This document shows, in pieces, positions 58,339-64,000 of a DNA stretch of 64,000 nt (its first letter is position 1; each line of letters starts with the position of its first letter). The notes beneath the pieces are model-generated. The model had not been told where the DNA came from, ran no database searches, and was given only the letters and a program-made list of their open reading frames with translations. A program made the translations under genes and the position numbers. The DNA is from Curvularia clavata (taxonomy: Eukaryota): the NCBI GenBank assembly GCA_023920165.1, contig CP089276.1:2914001-2978000 (forward strand), in the 5' to 3' direction.

Positions 58339-59833
58339 GGTGGAGTGTGATACGATGTGAAAAATGGTGCCATCTTCTGGAGCAGACGCATGGCCGTTGA
58401 TATATCGGTCGAGACGGGCGGGATGTTGCGTGAAGTGTGGTGTACGTTCGACGTCAAGTGCCAACTCGGTGTCTCGGAACTTCAACTTGGGCCGATTGCT
58501 AAGCCGATAAATGGTAACTAAGCCAGCTTACCGCATGCTGCAACAAATGGCTCTCATTTGTAAAGTATATCTCAAATAAACGTTTTCAAACGTGCTTCGC
58601 ACGAAAAGCGGCCTGCTTCAAGTGCGGAAGCTCGCCGTGACTAGCATTCACGGTAAGCCGAAGTCCGACGGGATCTATCTTAAGCTACGTAGTCTCTTGG
58701 CTCTCATCAGCCTCAATTCTTATTTCGAGTACTTCCTAGATCTCAAATGCACTACGCTAAATAGGGAATAAATATTTAGTTGGAAGCACGAATACCAAGA
58801 CTTAGTAACTCTGGGGGCATATCAACAAAATTCAATTCTTCCTCATCAAAATAATCGCGACTGCTCTTGCCCTTGCAGGATTCGTATTTTCTGGTCCAAA
58901 CCTATGGTCTTGTTCCGTAACCCGAAAGTATTTTGGAGACGTAAAACTACTTATAGACACAAGTGTGCGAAATCTTATAAAAACTTGCTAATCTCGACGG
59001 CAATGCAGGATAAGGGAGATCCAGGAAACTGCTCTCCAGAGGATATTTGTTTGTGACAATAATTTGGTTCGGCGCGGATTGCTATGTGATGACTACTGAT
59101 GTTAGGACTGTAGTGTAAACTAGGCTTCACGTCTGGGTGGGCAATACTAGCAAAGAAACTATAACTGCTACTGTAGTGCGCCTTTGTACTACGTTGGATT
59201 GAACAAGTTTTTCACAAGGTAGAGCACGCGGAAGGAATAAATCGTGTCAGAAGATACAAATTTAGAAATAGCTCTTGTATTCACCCTAAGGTATATCATG
59301 ATTTTTGTTAACAATCAGATTGGGTTGCTATATGCAATGCTTGCACTCACTACCGTACAATGCAGCCTAGCCAACACACCGCGAAATTAATGGGGCGATT
59401 TTCTCATCTCAAGCTGTATCGGCCCGTTTGAAGACCAGATATCAATTCTCGTTTGCCATCTCCATGCGTTATCGTGTTCGCACTCGGTGATACCATATTC
59501 CCAAACCGTCGGAATTGCGGTGTCAACTGATCTGCATCGACTAAAGCTTAGAACCCGACGTTAGCACCAGACCGTTAGCAGTTGCAGATGTGGGGGCGTT
59601 CGCACCATGATCAACATGGTTGCAGTTGTGATTGTCACCTACTGTGGGTACGCAAAAAGTGGACTGGTGGGCAGAAATATGGGCCCTCGGTTTGTTATGA
59701 AATGTAAATGGTTCTTTGAGTCTAAACTATAGGACTGGAATAGGTGGTACATATGCGAATACACATATTTGATATTAGATGTCTTTCATGACCTATAAAT
59801 CTCAATGCAGTAAAAAGCAATGCGACAGCAATA

Positions 59834-61527
59834 CTAGATCGCATGCAATGCTATCTCCCACCGCTGTTGAAACATGACCTCAGCGCGTTTCATCCCAGCA
59901 TACCACAGAACTGTCTCGAGGCGAACAAAAATATCAGGCCAGGTACGCAAGTCCAGAGATTCGCTAAGCGCCTTCGCCTGGTCAAGGAACCAAGGGCCAT
60001 CCAATGTGCCAGCAGACGCGACTAAGCCAACCGATACGATCCATAGAGCTATTGCTCCATGATGGAGGTACAAATGATCTAGTGCCTCATTAATATAATT
60101 TTTGAGTCTTGATACCAAAGTTGACTGCAGGTGTGCATGTGTGAAATACGTAGGCCCGTGAATGACAAGCATGTAAAGCGCTACTGCGTATCGAAGACAT
60201 GCGGATTGCGCATCGGCTGCTGTCATGTGAACGGGTGGCGCAGGCAACAAAAGTAATTGATGTAGAACAAAACACGAAAGATCGTGTAGATCAGTGGTCG
60301 ATAGAGGCTGTTCCCGAGACATGTCAAAGATACTGCGGAGCCGCGTAATTATGTCGCTCATTATAGGTTCCAGTTTGAGACCAGAGAATGCTGGTGGAAG
60401 CTTGTGTTGATGGCCCTCACCAACTTGAATCCACGCTTGAATCGGAGCTATCGCATCCCCACGCGTCTGGTCAGTTTGCACATCGAATTGTGGGTGCTGC
60501 ATGAGTACCATGGAAACCCTGATCGATATTGTCAGCAGTATGCATGTGCCTGGCGTGAAAAGCGAAGACTTACCAGGCTACCATGCGCGCCGTAAGGGGA
60601 CTTGCAAGCTTGAGCGCATGTATTCCTCCCCTTATCTCAACCATTCTCTTAACACCCTCAACGTGCATGTTGCTAATAGTAATGTTGCCTTTGCCGAACT
60701 GCAAGCCAAAGATTAGCTCTTCTTTTGCAGCACGGTGGTCCGTACACGGTGATGATTACGTACCTCGATAGCAGCCAATGTGACTACAGAATCTATCGTC
60801 TCGTCGCCACATGCCAGGGACTGGTCTTCAACACGTCGTCGCACTAACGCGATCGAGTCGGCCATGAGGATCTCGGAGTTTTCGAAGCCATTCTGTGCTT
60901 TTAGGTCCAAGTCTAAGGATGCTGTTTGGAGAGATACGTGAAATAAAGCAGGATCGTTGAGAGCCAGTGGCCACCAGGAAACAACGAACGGATTCGACGA
61001 TTTCTCTAGGTCTAATGGATAATATTGAAAGGCTATGTTGGACAGGACTATACTGTGTCAGCTGTGCTGCTGTGCCTTGGAGAGCCTAGCGTCTGCACGA
61101 GCCCAATGACCTGGAGATGGTGCATTGCCATTTCCCGGGTAGGCATGTATTGAATATTGGTGTGCAAGTCATTCTGAGGGTTTGCGAATCACTCACAGTG
61201 ATGGATAAGCTGCAGCACGCGAGCTCTTGGTAGCCTGGTCTGTGGCAACGAGTTGAAGTGGTCCAAGGGTTTGCCGATAGTGATCTCTGGCGACGAAGAA
61301 TGAAAAAGAGCGAGCTGCGTGTTTCGCGTTGGGATATCAATACTATCGGAGTTTGTACCGTTGGGGACGGCGTTTTGCTCGGTCGAAGGTAATGTTAGCG
61401 GCTCGTTCACATAGACGCAACGGCGCATCTTTCTCTTCACGCATCGTGAACACATTGGCGTGCGAAGATCGCAGCTGAGCTTTGATCTTGCGCACGCATC
61501 GCATGATCTTCTGAGTGTTCGGCGCAT
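59834..61527 (-). CDS. Zn2Cys6 transcription factor, multi-exon
   Basis: RRSCDACARSKLSCDLRTPMCSRCVKRKMRRC; downstream exons DETIDSVVTLAAIE and a C-terminal ..ALWIVSVG..WF..LDLRTW..LETVLW domain. Confidence 0.85.
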
Positions 61528-62593
61528 GCTCGCGATTCGAGAGGAAACATGGTTCCAGCTGAGGGCAATGGGATGGAGCCATGTAGGTACGCCGCAGGAA
61601 CGCCACAGGAACCAACACGTTCGCTTGTTCCGGCGGCCAGCTTCCCTACCGATCGGTGCTGCAGCGTCAGCAGGCTGCCGTTACATGTTTGGTGGTACTT
61701 CATGTATGCGCAATATGAGTCAGCAATAGCTTTGCACCAAGGATTGAGGCTGGCACTGCCCTGCCATTTGCATCGCGACAACTTGTGGTCGCAGTCGTGT
61801 ACAGGCCGCTGTTCCGAATTTAGTCCGTTCAACATGGGACGATCCTTGGTCACAACCGACGCCGCGTGACCTGTAGCAGGACCAGAGGCAATCTTCAAGA
61901 TATTGGTAACCACCCATACAGGTTAGTTTCCTTAAAACTCAAGGAAAACCCTGCTCCCCATCTTGGTTCACCAGTTATCTGGGCGGTCAAGATTATGGCG
62001 GGGAAGGAAACGTCATATGCAGTCTATGATTTGGTGCTGTGATCTGCATTGCACACGACCATGGATCAACAATGCTATTTTGAGTCTCTCAACATCCGAA
62101 ACGTTGTTTCCTTCTAGAAGCATGTCTAGTACCTTATTGCAGCACAGAATTACGGAGAGCCTTGCAATCCCAACAGGAAGAGGACGCTCCACCATCAAGG
62201 CAGAAAACGTAGGTATCGTAGAAATCCATCTCCGCTTATCGCTAGACGTTGACTTCTAGTGTCTGGGGCTTGATGTATTCTTTACATTTCTCTACGAAGT
62301 CAATAGATGCAATTCCCTTTACAAAACTTTGAGTACGTATAAATTTTAAATTGACAAATGTGATTGTCTACAAAGACGATTATTTTACCAATGTATAACA
62401 TACTGGGTAATGAAAAATCAGCGTTTGCATTGCCATCACCGTTATCGTCATTCGTCTCTATTTGTATCGTAAAACGCCGTAGTGAAGATGCTATAAATCA
62501 TTCATCCACCAGCGTGTACTCTGGGTATGTCTAGTCATATATATACAAAACTTTTTCTTCATCTCAATAATCTTACAACATAGCTTTTGTCCC

Positions 62594-64000
62594 TCAAATT
62601 AGGGCTTCGCCTCTAAACATGGCCTCACGGACTTCTCGCACAACATCTGCTCGGTCCCCAGGTCCAAGCAGTACAATGCCTCTTCCTCGTCTGCCCATTC
62701 GGCCAGTTCGGCCGAGGCGGTGGATAAAGTCAATAGTAGTATGCGGGACGTCGTACAGAATGACGTGGCGGACAGAAACGGTATCAATACCTCTGGAGCC
62801 GAGATCAGTGGTCACAATAACCTTGGTGTTGGGTAGTGTGCGCTTATTTGCAAGCTCGGAATTGATGGGTGATTTGTCTACGGGGTCTTGGGACTCGTTG
62901 GCATCGCTGGTAAAAGCCTTGAGAATCTTGGCTTGACGCGAAGGATCTGTATCGCGGTGGAAGGCTAGGGCGTCGATGCCCTTCTTGACGAGGTACTGGG
63001 CGACTTCTTCGGTATCCTCTCGCTCATTCACAAAGACCAACAGACGTTTTACTGGTATGGCCTGCTTGCCCTCATTTGGATCATAATCAGCCGAAGCCTT
63101 GCCAATCTGCCAGATTGTGTCTGCACAGGCAAGCAACTTGTTACCGCGGTAGGGGTCCTTGTTCACATCCACGACACCCAACTGTACCCTTCGAGGAATG
63201 GCGTGCAAGTTGGGAGTGACGAGGCGCTGCATGTCGGGAAACCTGTCTGCTAGATACTTATCGAGGTATTTTGGAATAGTGGCAGAGCACAGAACAAGCT
63301 TCTTGAGAGACGGAGTGGCTCGTTCGAGGATCTCGGTTGTGCTTTCTTTAAAGGAACGATCGAACAAGGAGTCTGCTTCGTCACAGATGAGATGGGTGAC
63401 ACGGGCGAGGATGTTGGGGTTGCTTTGAGCAATACTAGCCAGGAGTGGTGGGGTGCTAATGACGACGTCTACACCGTTGGGATTGAAGAGCTGATTGCGA
63501 ATGACAGTGGCAGACATCTTGGCTGAAATGGGGGCAGCACGAAACTTAATCGTGTGCGAGAGTGACTTCGCAACTGCTCCGACTTGAGCAACCAGCTCGG
63601 CAGAAGGCACCAGGATAATGGCTCGTGGACGTGCAGGGTCGACGGCCTTGTTGATTTCCGGCTCTTCAGCAGCAAACATGTCGGTCCGCTTGTCATGGGC
63701 TTTTGCAGCTGCCTCCTCGGCTGCTTTCTTTGCCTGTTCCTCGGCCTCCTCCTTCTCACGTGCCTCTTCTACTTTTATAGCGTCGAGTGTCGGAAGAAGA
63801 TATGCCAGTGTCTTACCCGAACCCGTCTCGGCTGCCAGTAGGAAGGCATCAGGACCAGTCTTTTTTGCCTTTACTTTGGCTCGCACAGCCTTTTGCATGC
63901 CGAGCAAGGCGGGTATGGCAACGGCTTGGGCAGGCGTAGGGTTGCGGTATTCGAGACCTGGTAGTGCATCCTTGACTGCGCGTAACGTCGGCTCGGCGAG
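62594..64000 (-). CDS. MRH4: Mitochondrial DEAD-box RNA helicase MRH4-like; 5' end outside the window
   Basis: AAETGSGKTLAY, ILVPSAELV, STPP, DEADSLFDRSF, SAT, TTDLGSRGID, FIHRLGRTGRMGRRG, MFRGEALI*. Confidence 0.85.
   Translation of the reverse strand, partial: LAEPTLRAVKDALPGLEYRNPTPAQAVAIPALLGMQKAVRAKVKAKKTGPDAFLLAAETGSGKTLAYLLPTLDAIKVEEAREKEEAEEQAKKAAEEAAAKAHDKRTDMFAAEEPEINKAVDPARPRAIILVPSAELVAQVGAVAKSLSHTIKFRAAPISAKMSATVIRNQLFNPNGVDVVISTPPLLASIAQSNPNILARVTHLICDEADSLFDRSFKESTTEILERATPSLKKLVLCSATIPKYLDKYLADRFPDMQRLVTPNLHAIPRRVQLGVVDVNKDPYRGNKLLACADTIWQIGKASADYDPNEGKQAIPVKRLLVFVNEREDTEEVAQYLVKKGIDALAFHRDTDPSRQAKILKAFTSDANESQDPVDKSPINSELANKRTLPNTKVIVTTDLGSRGIDTVSVRHVILYDVPHTTIDFIHRLGRTGRMGRRGRGIVLLGPGDRADVVREVREAMFRGEALI

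Noticed and set aside
47775..61527. Terpene biosynthetic gene cluster (synthase + monooxygenase + TFs)
   Set aside because: The synthase is disrupted and separated from the monooxygenase by an unrelated catabolic triad; no P450 or prenyltransferase is present.
1..64000. tRNA, rRNA, CRISPR arrays, telomeric repeats, intact transposons or a Starship captain recombinase
   Set aside because: None recognisable by eye. tRNAscan-SE, Infernal and RepeatMasker would be needed to exclude short or degenerate cases.

Overview
Gene-dense, intron-containing eukaryotic DNA (GT..AG introns with CTRAC/CTAAC-type branch points) from a filamentous ascomycete. A Dothideomycete/Pleosporales affinity is my impression only. 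About 28 protein genes or gene relics can be reconstructed. Housekeeping genes lie at the ends: NPC2, VMA7 and a NUR1/Mug154-like gene on the left, and an MRH4-like helicase on the right. Between them is a long accessory-looking block. It holds two compact catabolic triads (alpha-glucoside-type permease + Zn2Cys6 TF + GH27 alpha-galactosidase; Aec37-like GH31 + Dal5/ACS permease + Zn2Cys6 TF), a laccase, a ferric reductase, secreted proteins and a motor-only kinesin. It also holds at least four pseudogenes: a patatin, two AIM9/APH-like kinases and a terpene synthase. The least-explained features are (i) a head-to-head pair of a DUF6594-type membrane protein and a spliced protein with a helical N-terminus, a degenerate retropepsin-like domain and a coiled coil, (ii) an intronless 702-aa protein ending in a HicA-toxin-like domain, and (iii) the GH31 triad, which mirrors a bacterial regulator/permease/Aec37 locus. 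I saw no RNA genes, CRISPR arrays or intact transposons. All family calls come from motif recognition by eye, not database searches. Exon boundaries were inferred manually.
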